A stretch of DNA of 64,000 bases from Octopus vulgaris (GCA_951406725.2 OX597815.1:1736001-1800000); one strand, 5' to 3'. Positions 29,911 to 43,468 are shown, counted from the stretch's first letter. The notes: generated by a model not told the origin, from the sequence alone. Made by a program: numbers and translations.

Positions 29911-30504
29911 ATATTTTAAGTTACCTCTACAGATTTTCTATAGCAGTCAGAGCCAGGACAGCAAGTTACGACATTTTGTATATGAATCTGTCTCTGGAAA
30001 CAATGTGATTGAAGATAGAGAAAATAGGGGATGAGTGTATATACATATCTCAGGAGTTGTTGCCCCTTCTTCAGTAACACATCCAATCCATTAACCATCT
30101 ACTTACACATTACTTAAATACCCACTGAGTTGAAAGATAGATCGACCAATTCACATATTAAAACATGTTCTGGGCAACAAGTGCGTACATATTAATTGCT
30201 GGTTGGGACATGGTATTGTGTTTTGCAACCAGAATATATGACCCAGTATTTTTATTCTTTTATTTGTTTCAGTCATTGACTGCAGCCATACTGGAGCACC
30301 ATCTTTAGGTGACTTATTCTTTGTAAGCCAAGTACTTATTCTATCGGTCTCCTCAGCCAAACCGCTATGTCACGGGGATCTAAACACACCAACGTCAGTT
30401 GTCAAGCGACTGCGGGTGGGACAAACACAGACACAAATAACAAACAAAAATATACACCAAATAAGTTAGGGGTTGTGGATCCAACCCTCTAAGGGATAAT
30501 ATTT

Positions 30505-30546
<42 letters not shown>

Positions 30547-31869
30547 CATACGTCAGGCTTCTTTCAGTTTCCATCTACCAAATCCACTCACAAGGTTTTG
30601 GTTGGTCTGAGGCTGTGGTAGAAGACACTTGCCCAAGGTGCCATGCAGTGGGACTGAACCTGGGACCATGTGTTTATGAAGCAAGCTTCTTTCCACACAG
30701 CCATGCCTTATTATGGACCTTCGAAATACTTGGTAGTATAAAACGGTTGTAAAATGAAATCCTGTGTCTCTACCAGCACTTCAGATATCACACACACGCA
30801 CACAGATACACACACACACACACACATGCACGAACTAACAACCTTTGACCTGCAATTACTGATTGACACATGTGTTAAAGAATACAGAGATGGTGCCAGA
30901 GCGGATTTACATATATGGAAAGTCTTGTTGGAAGAGGAGGAGAATGAGGAGAAGATGAAGAATAACAAGAAGCAACTTGTGTGTGTTGTTGAATGGGTAC
31001 TTAAAAAGGAATAATGGTGAAGAGAGAAAGAATGTGGAAGAAGCGAGCATCCATCGCCAGCGCACGAGATTCGGGGGCAACAATCTTGGTATTGTTCTGT
31101 TGAAGAGGAAACTGAGAAACACTGCTTTCCAGAAATGAAAGGCCTTCTTATATGTATACACGTGTGGCTTCAGACTAATCATCTTCACACACACACACAC
31201 ACACACCATACATGTCTCACCTACTACACATATGGGTGTGTAGTTGGGTGGTTGTTTGTGTGTGTATATATGTATGTGTATATATGTATGTGTATATATA
31301 TCTGTGTGTATGTATATATATATATGTATGTATATATATCTGTGTATATATATATATATGTATGTATATATATCTGTGTGTATGTGTGTATATATATGTA
31401 CACATACATACGTGTATGCATATACACACATATCTTTATATATATTGTATACATATGCACACACACACATATATATATACACTCACACACACACACATAT
31501 ATATACACACTCACACACATACATACACATATAGACTCTACCTACTGTGTATATACACCATACACATAAGTGCCATACACACACACACACACACCCAAGT
31601 GGTGTGTGCCAGTCGTCAGCTCCTGCCGCCGGCCAACAATGCAGCCAGTCAGTTCATCGTCGGAACCCTTCACAACACATAATGTGGGCTTGTTCCACTG
31701 CCACACAATATAACACGTGTTCTTGAAGAGATAGAAAGAACAGAGATCACTCCCTCACGCTCCACCACCACCACCATTGACTTCTTTCAGTAACCTCAAC
31801 TGAGACCAGCACACATTATATTGAGTAGGGAGTATCTTATTAAATTACACACACACACACACACATTAT

Positions 31870-31906
<37 letters not shown>

Positions 31907-31919
31907 GCTTAGTGGTTAA

Positions 31920-32152
31920 GGTGGCCAGCTGGCAGAAACGTTAGCACACTGGGCGAAATACTTAGCAGTATTTTTTCTGCCGTTACGTTCTGAGTTCAAA
32001 TTCCGCCGAGGTCGACTTTGCCTTTCATCCTTTCGGGGTCGATAAATTATGTACCAGTTACGCCCTGGGGTCGATATAATCGACTTAATCCGTTTGTCTG
32101 TCCTTGTTTGTCCCCTCTGTGTTTAGCCCCTTGTGAGTAGTAAAGAAATAGG
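31920..32152 (+). mobile_element. SINE family B inserted into the head of a family C SINE
   Basis: Full B consensus interrupts tggcttagtggtta...ggttagtgtattcgattc; other + B copies at about 18262-18400, 23200-23435, 41925-42145 and 49845-50052. Confidence 0.75.
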
Positions 32153-32504
32153 TTAGTGTATTCGATTCAGAATCCTAAGGTCGGGAGTTCAATCCCTGGT
32201 GGTGCTTTGTGTCCTTGAGCAAGACACTTCATTTCTCATTGCTTCAGTCCATTCAGCTGGCAGAAAATGAGTTGTACCAGTAATTCAAAGGGGCCAGCAT
32301 TGTCACATTCTGTAACATGCAAAACTCCTTGAGAACTACGTTAAGGGTACGTGTGTATGTGGTGTACTCAGCCGCTTGCATATTACTTTCACGAGCAGGC
32401 TGTTCCATTGATCAGATCAAAGTAATCGACGGAGTGCTAGTTTGTTATATATACACACACAAACACATCTAAGTATGTATATTGTGTGCGTGCGTATATA
32501 TGTA

Positions 32505-33145
32505 TATTTTGGAAATATGCTGTGCTTGAGAAGACCCGGCAAGCCAAATGAGACCATAACCTGTGGCCTATGCCAGGGGGGTAACCAGCCCACTTATGCG
32601 TGCCTTTCCTTCATTGGACACTAAACTCTGTTTGCGAAGACCTGTTGAGGCAAGTGAAATCGAAATCAAATACGATGACAGGCATCCGTACTAGTGGAGT
32701 GCTAAGAGCACCATGCAAATGTGATCATTGCCAGAGCGGCCAACTGACTTCCGGGCCGGTGGCACATAAAAAGCTCCATTCAAGCGTGATTGTTACCAGC
32801 GTTGCCTTACTAGTAGTTGTGTTGGTGGCGCATGAAAAAAACATTTGAGCAAGGTCGTTGCCAGTGCCGCTGGAATGGCTCCTGTGCAGGTGGCATGTAA
32901 AAAACACCATTTGAGCGTGGCCGTTGCCAGTACCGCTTCACTGGCCCTCTGGTGGCATGTAAAAAGCACCCACTACACTCTTGGAGTGGTTGGCGTTAGG
33001 AAGGGCATCCAGCAGTAGAAACTCTGACAGATCAAGATTGGAGCCTGGTGAAGCCATCTGGTTTGCCAGTCCTCAGTGAAATCGTCCAACCCATGCTAGC
33101 ATGGAAAGTGGACGTTAAATGATGATGATGATGATGATGATGATA
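32505..33145 (+). mobile_element. 5'-truncated copy of the same RTE LINE (end of ORF plus 3' UTR)
   Basis: Collinear with 29290-29910 (ggaaatatgctgtg...gagaagacc...(gat)n). Confidence 0.85.
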
Positions 33146-33386
33146 GGGTGACTTACGTAATTTGTCACCAATTTATATTTTTAATTTCATACATGCGCAT
33201 TGTTTGTTTTTGATTTTGTCGACTACACAGCATAGTAGGATCAGTTATGCACCATCTGTGGAAAACAGCACTATGATGCAATTCCCTCTGCCAGAAATTT
33301 GGAAATGTACTGTTTGGCATTTGTGTTGGAAGCTCCAATACGAATGTTTCAGAATGTTTGGGTATCAATCTGAGGACATGGACCGA

Positions 33387-33740
33387 GAGTGATAAAAATC
33401 AAACATCCAATCAACATCATGGTGTCTGGAGTGATCGTGACGTTATGCCTCCATTCATCTCCCCACACGACCTCACACTCAACACGGAGGCCTACATCAA
33501 ATACCTGGAGGAGATAGTGTTGCCCTGGATCAAGAGAGTGGCTGCTGGGAGACCCTATGTCTGGTAACAGGACTCTGCACCATGCCACACAAGCAAGAGA
33601 ACCCAGTCATGGCTGTCAGACAATTTCTGTGACCACATCACCCCTAACATCTGGTCACCTAACTCCCCAGACTGCAACCCCCTTGATTATTATGTGTGGG
33701 GTGCAGTTGAGCGAGAGACCAACAAAACTCCTTGTAACAA
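33387..33740 (+). pseudogene. Tc1/mariner DD37D (maT-type) transposase fragment
   Basis: ...YIKYLEEIVLPWIKRVAAGRPYVW*QDSAPCHTSKRTQSWL...WSPNSPDCNPLDYYVWGAVERETN; 37 residues between the second and third catalytic D; premature stop. Confidence 0.85.
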
Positions 33741-34358
33741 TTTGAGTTGAGCGAATCCTCAACATGAGGAGTTGTTTTGTTTTTTAAAGCCAAACACTGA
33801 TTCTGTTGATCTCCTTTGCTGAAAAACATTGGTTGTCAAGCAGTGGTTGAAATGAAATGCACACACACGATGGGTTTCATTTCAGTTTCCTTCAACCAAT
33901 CCCACTCACAAGGCTTAGGTCGATCCAAGGTGACAGTAGAAGACATTTGCCCAAAGTGCCACAGTGGAACTGAATCTAGAGCCATGCAGTGGGTAAGCAG
34001 GCTTCTTACTACACGGGAACGCCTGCACCTAATATATGACAATTGAGGTACTTAAAAAGGCCTTGACGAGAGTCTTTATGCTGTAGTGGTTATATTGGAA
34101 AGGTCACACAAACAGCTTTGGCAATTTTGTGGAATGATTTTGCCTAATGAAACATTTACGATGGAAGATAAACACTTGTGGAGTTCTAGCAATTTTGTGA
34201 TTCAGTTATTAGGGCACCCCCCTCTCTCATGCACACACACACACACATTTATATACATATATGGAATATGTAGAAAAGTTTTGGCCAGAATTGGCCCAAG
34301 CCATAGCTAACTTCATAGCACCAACTGGGAAAGACATTTAGTGTCTGATATTACAGTC

Positions 34359-34362
<4 letters not shown>

Positions 34363-34397
<35 letters not shown>

Positions 34398-34888
34398 TTA
34401 TATATATATATATACATATATAATATACATATATATACATATATAATATACATATGCATTTATAATATACATATATAATATATATATATACATATATATA
34501 CATATATAATATACATGTATAATATATATATATATATATATACATATATAATATACATATATATACAAATGCATTTATAATATACATATATATATTTGTA
34601 TATATATATGTATGTGTATATATATATATATATATACACATATATAATATACATATATATACAAATGCATTTATAATATACATATATATATTTGTATATA
34701 TATATGTATTGTATATATATATATATATATATACACATATATAATATACATATATATACAAATGCATTTATAATATACATATATATATTTGTATATATAT
34801 ATGTATGTGCATATATATATACATATATAATATATATATATGTATATATACATATATAATATATATATGTATATATATGTATATATAC

Positions 34889-34929
<41 letters not shown>

Positions 34930-34986
34930 GTATATATACATATATAATATATATATATAATATATATATGTATATATACATATATA

Positions 34987-35019
<33 letters not shown>

Positions 35020-35021
35020 TA

Positions 35022-35056
<35 letters not shown>

Positions 35057-35202
35057 CATATATATACATATATACATATATATACATATATATATACATA
35101 TATAATATATATATATATACATATATAATATATATATATACATATATAATATATATATATATACATATATAATATACATATATAATATACATATATATAT
35201 AC

Positions 35203-35286
<84 letters not shown>

Positions 35287-35313
35287 TATATAATATATAT
35301 ATATATATATATA

Positions 35314-35396
<83 letters not shown>

Positions 35397-35397
35397 C

Positions 35398-35454
<57 letters not shown>

Positions 35455-36302
35455 CATATATATATACATATATATATATATAATATACATATATATACAT
35501 ATATATATATATATACATATATATACATATATAATATATATATATAATATATATATAATATATATATATATAATATACATATATATACATATATAATATA
35601 TATTGTGTGGTCTCCCCACACAATACAAGGTATCATAAAAGTCGAAGCACCTCAAAGGGCAATCACAAAAAAGATAGATGGCATGACAGGCCTCGACTAT
35701 TGGGGTCGACTAGAAAAGCTAAAACTCTATTCTCTCCAACGTCGTCGTGAGCGCTACATCATCTGCATGATGTGGAAAATATTCCATCAGCATTGCCCAA
35801 ATGATGTTGGCATCACCTTTAAGGTACATCCAAGGCTTGGGCCCCGTGCCATCCGCCCAAAACAAAAATCGCACTCTCATCTCATAACAACAATACGGCA
35901 CAATTATTTCACCTCAATTGGCCCCGCTCTCTTTAACATTACACCAAAACACATTAAAACAGAAACTGACCCTATAGGGTTCAAGAAGTCTTTGGACAGA
36001 TTCCTTCAAGAAATCCCGGATAAACCCCCTACACCCGGATATGTCTCTGTAAACAATAACTCTCTACTTGAGTGGGCCATAGTGCCCAAATTCTGACTTG
36101 AAAGACTTCACCAGGTGGTGCTATTAAGTTAGACATGGCCTGGGCCAATAATGGCGAAACCTATCAAAGTATCAAAGTATCAAAGTATATATATAATATA
36201 TATATAATATATACATATATAATATATATATACATATATAATATATATATATATATATATAATATATATATATATACATATATAATATATATATATATAT
36301 AC

Positions 36303-36345
<43 letters not shown>

Positions 36346-36396
36346 TATATAATATATATATACATATATAATATATATATATACATATATAATATA

Positions 36397-36470
<74 letters not shown>

Positions 36471-36568
36471 TAATATATATATATATATATACATATATAA
36501 TATACATATATATATATAACATACATATATATACATATATATATATATAAATATACATATATATATAA

Positions 36569-36594
<26 letters not shown>
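34363..36594. repeat. Very long (TA)n-derived tract interrupted by the CR1-like LINE
   Basis: TA/TACA/TAA tract at 34389-35602 and 36186-36570. Other large TA tracts at 24770-25038, 39211-39465, 43865-44095 and 58318-58900. Confidence 0.95.
35603..36187 (+). mobile_element. 5'-truncated CR1-group LINE (RT C-terminal domain, 3' UTR, (TATCAAAG)n tail)
   Basis: [53 protein letters not shown]...FKKSLDRFL has the CR1/L2-group C-terminal pattern; open to the stop at 36096; 8-bp repeat tail. Confidence 0.8.
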
Positions 36595-36599
<5 letters not shown>

Positions 36600-37165
36600 G
36601 TGTTTACCTGGAAACTGTGAACAGCACTGGTTACTAACCTGAATGTTGGAAGCCCAAGACTACAGATCTTTATCTGATAATCTGCTGTTATTCAAGAAAT
36701 ATTTCCACAAACAAACTCTGCCTGTGATTATCATTAAACAAATACCAAGCAATGCCTGCTGCCGGTGCTGCCGGTGGTGGTGCTGCCGGTGGTGGTGCTG
36801 GTGTTGTTGTTGATGCCAACTACACAAACACACGCTGCAGTCATTAAATAGCCATCTTGTACAACCAGGCTCTTCAATGCCAACCACACAAATATATTTA
36901 AAAGACCCCCCCCACCTCTCCCTTCACGTCTTTAAAAAAAAAACAAAACGAAAGAAAAAACCCGGAGGAAGTGAACACAGTTTAATTGTGAATGTGTCAA
37001 TGAGTTTTTCGGGACGGTTAGTAATACTAACGAATGAAATGTGTGCGGTTGTAGTCTGAAAGATTTCATTCATCTTGGCTGAAAATGTGGCAGGATGGTG
37101 ATATTGAAGAACTTAACAGAAGCTCTGTCTTGGAGTTCTTCCCATGCCAATCTACAGGGAAGGGC

Positions 37166-37196
<31 letters not shown>

Positions 37197-38053
37197 ACTA
37201 TACTAGAGTAAATGGATTTTTGTAGACATTTAAAACTGGCCGATGAGTGGTCCAGTTGAGCCAATCAATGGAACAGCCTGCTCGTGAAATTAACATGCAA
37301 GTGGCTGAGTATTCCAAAGACATGCATACCCTTTACATAGTTCTTTGGGAGACTCAGTGTGACACAGAATGTAACAAAGCTGGCCCCTTTTTCAAATACA
37401 GGTACAACTCATTTTTGCCAGTTGAGTGGATTGGAGCAACATGAAATAAAGAGTCTTGCTCAAGGACACAATGTGCTACCGGGAATTGAACTCATGACCT
37501 TACGATCATAAACCAAATCCCCAAACCACTAAGCCACGTGCCTTCAGTCACACACACACACACACATTGATAGCAGAAGACTTCATTGATGGAACCAGTC
37601 CCGCTGATTGTTAAGTTCTTTTGAATAAGAAACGCGTGAGGCCCCAGCACCAACGTAGCAAGCATCCACGGTTGGAATTGAAATAGACAAAAAAGAAAAA
37701 GAATGAAACGAAGAAGAACCAAATTAAAATCTTTACCGAGATTTTGACATCACTGCTACTACTACTACTACTACTACTACAACCACCACTATTAATCCCT
37801 CCCTCCCTCTCCGTCCAATCTACATAATGCCACATGTGTCTCTCGGCTTCTCTGTGTTGTAAGAGATAAAACCAAGAGAGCAGACACAACCGGTTCTTGT
37901 GAGTGATTTCAATGTGAAACGAAAAGGATTCCATTCGCATAATTACCTCATGATACGTTAGAAAATTTTAGGACAACAAACATTCTAAATTATGGAGATG
38001 TACTTGCATAGCGAGGGACCTGACCTGAGATCGTGTGCTGGAACGAAAACAAT

Positions 38054-38420
38054 TGCAGCGTGGAAGGTGTTTGTAAGCCATTTAAGAAACACACAAAAGC
38101 CGTTCGATTCACTTCAACATTTAAGTTTAATTTGTCAAAATATTTTCATCGTTTTGAGACTGCGACCTGTTCACTGACAAAATTTGAGACCACGACCTGT
38201 TCACTGACAAAATTTGAGACCACGACCTGTTCACTGACAAAATTTGAGACCACGACCTGTTCACTGACAAAATTTGAGACCACGACCTGTTCACTGACAA
38301 AACTCCGTGCTGCATCTCAAAGCGATGAAAATATTTTGACAAATAAAATTTAAATGTTGAAGTGAATCTAACAGTTTTTGTGTGTTTCTTAAATGGCTTG
38401 TAAACACCTTCCACGCTGCA
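38054..38420. mobile_element. Inverted-repeat element (about 105-bp arms) with an internal 30-bp tandem array; probable Penelope-like pLTR inversion
   Basis: Arm tgcagcgtggaaggtgttt...catcgttttgaga (38054-38159) has a near reverse complement at about 38315-38420; unit tttgagaccacgacctgttcactgacaaaa x5 at 38153-38302. Confidence 0.6.
38131..38181 (-). ncRNA. Hammerhead-like motif with G3:C8 core swap
   Basis: Minus strand TTTGTCA-GTGAACA-G-GTCG(loop)CGAT-GAAA-ATAT-T-T-TGACAAA; 7-bp stem I and palindromic AATATT stem III. Confidence 0.5.
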
Positions 38421-38857
38421 AACATTTTGAAATTATTATTAAAAGAGCTTTCGTGTGTAACGACAGGTGGTACATCATTTTTTTTTTTACTTGCTTCAGT
38501 CATCAGACTCAGGCCATGCTGGGGCAAGGCCTTAAATGATTTTGATCAAACAAATCGACCCCAGTACTGTTTCTTTCTGAAATCGGTTATGTCAGTAATT
38601 AAGTAAGAAATTATTTCTAGCTCTAATTAAACTTTTATCATCATCATCATCATCACCGTTTCATGTCCACTTTTCATGTTTGCAAGGGTCAGGTGGAATT
38701 TGTTGAGGGAGATTTTCTAAAGCTGGATGCCTTTTCAATGGCCAACACTCACCTGTCTCCAAGATAAGGTAATATTTCCCCTCCAGGGCCAGATGAATGA
38801 CACCACTCATATGACTCGGATGCATGCTTACAATCATCACGGGATTTCAGGAGAGGG

Positions 38858-38895
<38 letters not shown>

Positions 38896-39209
38896 CAGTT
38901 TGTTTCAGTTTCCATCTACCAAATCCACTAACAAAGGCGTTTAAGTCAATCTGGGGTTATTAGTAGAAAAGACTTGCCTAAGGTGTTGTGCAATGGGACT
39001 GAACCCAGGACTGACTTTCTTAGCCGCACAGTCATGCCTGGGCTTCTTATGTATCTACACACTTTTTGTGTTTGGTTTGCAAGATTCTTGATGTGAATTC
39101 ATGTGTCGAAACAAATTTTGTTGAGTCTGGGGAGGGTCATTACACCAATGGTAACACATGCACAGGTGAGTGTTACTGTCATTGGCATAATGACTCTCAC
39201 AAGACAACA

Positions 39210-39247
<38 letters not shown>

Positions 39248-39469
39248 TACATACCTATACGTATATACATACATACCTATACATATATATATATACATAC
39301 ATACATACCTATATATATATATATACATATATACACACATATACATACACACATATACATACATATATTTACATACCTATACATATATATATATATATTT
39401 ATATATATATATATATATACATACATACATACATATACATACATACATACATATATGTATATACATATT

Positions 39470-39925
39470 ATCATCATCATCATCGTTTAACGTCCATTTT
39501 CCGCGCTAGCACGTGTTGGACGGTTTGACCGGGGTCTGGGAAACCAGGAAGCTGCACCAGGCTCCAGTCTGATCTGGCAGAGTTTCTACAGCTGGATGCC
39601 CTTCCTAACGCCAACCACTCCGCGAGTGTAGTGGGTGCTTTTTACGTACCACCTGCACAGGTGCCAGGGGGGTCCGGCATTGGACACGATCGGTTGGTGC
39701 TTTTAACGTGCCACCGGCACGGAAGCCAGCCAAGGCAGCGCTGGCATCGGCCATGTTCAGATGGTGCTTTTTATGTGCCACTGGCACAGAAGCCAGTCGA
39801 GGCGGCGCTGGCAACAGCCACGTTTGGATGGTGCCTTTTATGTGCCACCGGCACAGAAGCCAGTCGAGGCGGCGCTGGCAACGGCCACGTTCGGATGGTG
39901 CTTTTTATGTGCCCCCAGTACAGGT
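39470..39925 (-). mobile_element. RTE LINE 3' UTR fragment (reverse)
   Basis: (cat)n followed by gctggatgcccttcctaacgccaacc and 67-bp-period units. Further - copies at about 2540-2735, 6233-6510, 16685-16860, 18528-18870, 40445-40625 and 58120-58320. Confidence 0.8.
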
Positions 39926-41374
39926 GTCAACATCTTATTTTCTTCTCATTTTCCTCTTAACGAATGATGTTACCAGGTTATCTTACGAAACTCTATTTAT
40001 GATACGAGAGTATAGACAGGAAGCACCATGCATGTTACAGTAAACAACAGAGTTGAATGTAAAGATTATGTAAGGACAATCCATATATTTGATACATGAT
40101 ATATGTGTAACATACATGTAATGTTGGGACACACACACACAGATGTAATATATATAACAGGAATCACTTTATGTGTGCCATACAAGAAACATAAAAAAAA
40201 AACTGCATGTGAACAAGAGTGGCACCAACGTGGTGGCCATGGTTATGCAGGACATGCTGAGCCACAATTAGCATTCATCAGTTTTCCTCATCATCCAACA
40301 CCGTGTCACAGAGATGGGGCATAGAACGAAATCAATCATTCTGTGATGGGTTTACATCTACAGAACTAAAAGTGGTTTTCAATGTTAACAAGGAATTTAC
40401 ATTTGACTGTAACTGTTGCCACCTCAGATCCTGCCAACACAGACATCATCATCATCATCATCGTTTAACATCTGCTTTCCATGCTGGCATGGGTTGGACA
40501 GTTTGATTGAGATCTGGAGAGCCAGCGGCCACACCAAGCTCCAATCTGATCTGGCAATGTTTCTGTAGCTGGATGCCCTTCCTAATGCCAACCACTCCAA
40601 GAGTGTAGTGGGTGCTTTTTACCCATTACACTCTTGGAATTAGGAAGGGCATCCAAATCAGATTATTTGGAATCATTTTTGAAGCTCTTTTGAGAAATAC
40701 AAAACCAATAGCCTTTGATATTGCTTTCAAATTTTGGCACAAGACCAACAACTTTGGAGGTGGGAGTGAGCCAATTACATCAACCCCCACCCTAGGGCTC
40801 AACTGAGGCAAAGTATTTGTGAAACCAGATGCAGGTGTTGTTGCCATCTTCTACATGTTTCCAAGTGAGATGATATTCCCCCAAAGTATTGAAAAGTTAA
40901 CAGCCTGGACATATATTTTTATGCTGGGAACTGGAGACAAACAACACCATTTAAAGAGCCTTTTGTTTACAAAGATCACACAGCAGGTGAAGATATGTCA
41001 GGAAGCCAAGATTTACAAACCAGCGAACACAGGGGTATCACACACACACACACACACACAAGCTAGAGCCAGGGCCATAGCAGAATGATGCACTTTGCCC
41101 AAGGTGCTGTGCAGTAGATTTGAAAGTGAAACCATGTGATCAGGAAGTGAACTTGTTAACCATGTGGCCTATTATGCACCTATTATGCGATTATAAAGTT
41201 ATTTGCTAAGAAATCTAGAGACCTCAAAAACCACAATTACATCTCATGCACAGAAAATCTTGCTTAAGGCCGAGACAGAAATTATAAACTGAGACAAAAA
41301 AAAAAGTCCATGCAAAATAAAAAAAAAACAACAAAAAACAAAAACAAAGGCAAAAATAAAAACCTGTAGCTTAC

Positions 41375-41530
41375 ATCAGAGAAACTTCTTTGAACCCGTT
41401 TGTGGTGCCGTGCTTTGCGCACCAACTTGTCTTGGCCTGATTTGGATGCCATTTTATCTGTTCGTGGTCGATTGAGCACGATGGGTTGGCCTGATGGCTC
41501 TGTTGAATGGTTTGAGCGTAATTCAACCAT
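41375..41530 (-). CDS. Candidate alternative first exon of PDE3 (MVELRSNHSTEPSGQPIVLNRPRTDKMASKSGQDKLVRKARHHKRVQRSFSD)
   Basis: GC-richer, protein-like island between A/T tracts; donor GAT|gtaagc, phase 0; second ATG in strong context aaaATGg. Confidence 0.6.
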
Positions 41531-42972
41531 GAAGATTAAGTTCACTTCGCTGATGATTTAAATTGTCTTTTTGTTGTTTTTTTAAAAATATTTTTTTCTT
41601 TTTCAATTTGTGATGAGAAATAGTTTTTGTTTGTCTTTTTTCCAAACTTGATTCATTAAAATCTATTTTCCTAGGAACATTTTGTTAACGAATACCATTG
41701 AAGGAAACAGGAGGAGGAGGAGGAGGAATCTGCTGGGTCTACACAGCACTGAAATGCAACGACAGAAACACAGGGCTAAGTCACAGAGAATCACAGCAAC
41801 AACATCAAATACAGCCTCAACTAATTATAACACCCAACCATCATCATCATCATCATCATTATTGAAACTCTTTAATTGCTGAGTTCAAATCCTTTTATCA
41901 TTATTATTATTAGTAGTATTACCATTAAGATGGCAAGTTGGCAGAATTGTTAGCAGATTGGGTGAAATGCTTAGCGGTTCTGAGTTCAAATTCCGCCGAG
42001 GTCGACTTTGCCTTTCATCCTTTCGGGGTTGATAAATTAAGCACCAGTTATGCACTGGGGTCGATGTAATCGACTTAATCCATTCATCTGTCCTTGTTTG
42101 TCCTCTCTGTGTTTAGCCCCTTGTGGGTAGTAAAGAAATAGGTTAGTGTATTCGATTCAGAATCCTATGGACAATAAAGAAATAGGTATTTTGTCTGCTG
42201 CTACGTTCTGAGTTCAAATTCCACTGAGGTTGACTTTGCCTTTCATCGTTTCAGGGTTGATGAAATAAGTACCAGTTACGCACTGGGGGTCGATGTAATC
42301 GACTAGTCCCTTCCTCTCAAATTTCAGGCCTCATGCCTATAGTAGAAAGGATTATTATTATTATTATTAAGGTGGTTAGCATTCTGGGCAAAATACTTAG
42401 CAGCATTTCGTCCTGAGTTCCAATTTGGCCAAGGTTCACTTTGCCTTTCATCCTTTTGGGGTTGATAAAATAAGTACCAGTTGAGCATTGGGGTTTGAAA
42501 ATTTTTATCATGTTAACAACACAATCCTTACTGATAAGAAATGAAATTTCTAAAATGGGGAGAAAAAATTCAGATGATTGCTTTGGTACAGTTGTAGATC
42601 ACCTATCATGTCTACAGGAGATGTGAGTTCAAGTACCAGGGCTAACCTTAAACTTTTTCTATCAAAGGTTTTCTTTTTAAACCTGATATTAAAAGAGAGG
42701 TAAAAGACTAAAGGATTAGTTTGAAGGACCCAGCAACCCATGTCAAAGTGTGTAAGGTCCCTGGGATCACTTTACAATAAATATACAGAAAGAGTAGAGC
42801 AAAACTCTTTAAAACAGGGAAGAAAATTTAAAACTCAAAACAAGACCAGCTGGAATTCATCTTGCCTTGAAATCTGTAAATTTATAAAAAGGGAATTTTG
42901 CTTTATACAGATTTTGTTCAACTAAAATGTGTTTTACTGCTTTTTTTTTTTTAGGTTTTTACTATAAATACT

Positions 42973-43204
42973 TATTTCTTTTACTACCCACAGGGGGATA
43001 AACACAGAGAGGACAAACAAGGACAAACAGATTAAGTCAATTATATTGACCCCAGTGCATAACTGGTACTTATTTAATTGACCCCGAAAGGATGAAAGGC
43101 AAAGTCGACCTTGGCAGAATTTGAACTCAGAACGTAGCGGCAGACGAAATACCGCAAAGCATTTCGCCCGGCGTGCTAACGTTTCTGCCAGTTTGCTGCC
43201 CTTA
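42973..43204 (-). mobile_element. SINE family B, full length (reverse)
   Basis: Reverse of ...gttctgagttcaaattc...gactttgcctttcatcctttcggggtc...aagtaccagtt...aaagaaat; other - copies at about 2865-3025, 4695-4907 and 44490-44698. Confidence 0.8.
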
Positions 43205-43387
43205 TTACTATAAATACTATAGACGAGATTTTTTATTTTTGAGTTTTCACAAATTAATAATTAGGTTAACAAAAACAGACAGTTTATATTTTTCTACTTC
43301 AAAGAAGCAGAGAAAACCTCTTTATCGAAATATCAGCAAAGTTGACGTTAGAGAGGGCCTAGAACTTATACACACACACATTTGTAC

Positions 43388-43468
43388 CTGTCTATGAGGA
43401 ATCACTAAAACCTTGCGCTCTCCAGATTCTCTTGGTATTTCGCTAAATTTACGTATTCTAATGGTCAT
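43388..43468 (-). CDS. Candidate alternative first exon of PDE3 (MTIRIRKFSEIPRESGERKVLVIPHRQ)
   Basis: gaaATG start; donor CAG|gtacaa, phase 0. Confidence 0.4.
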
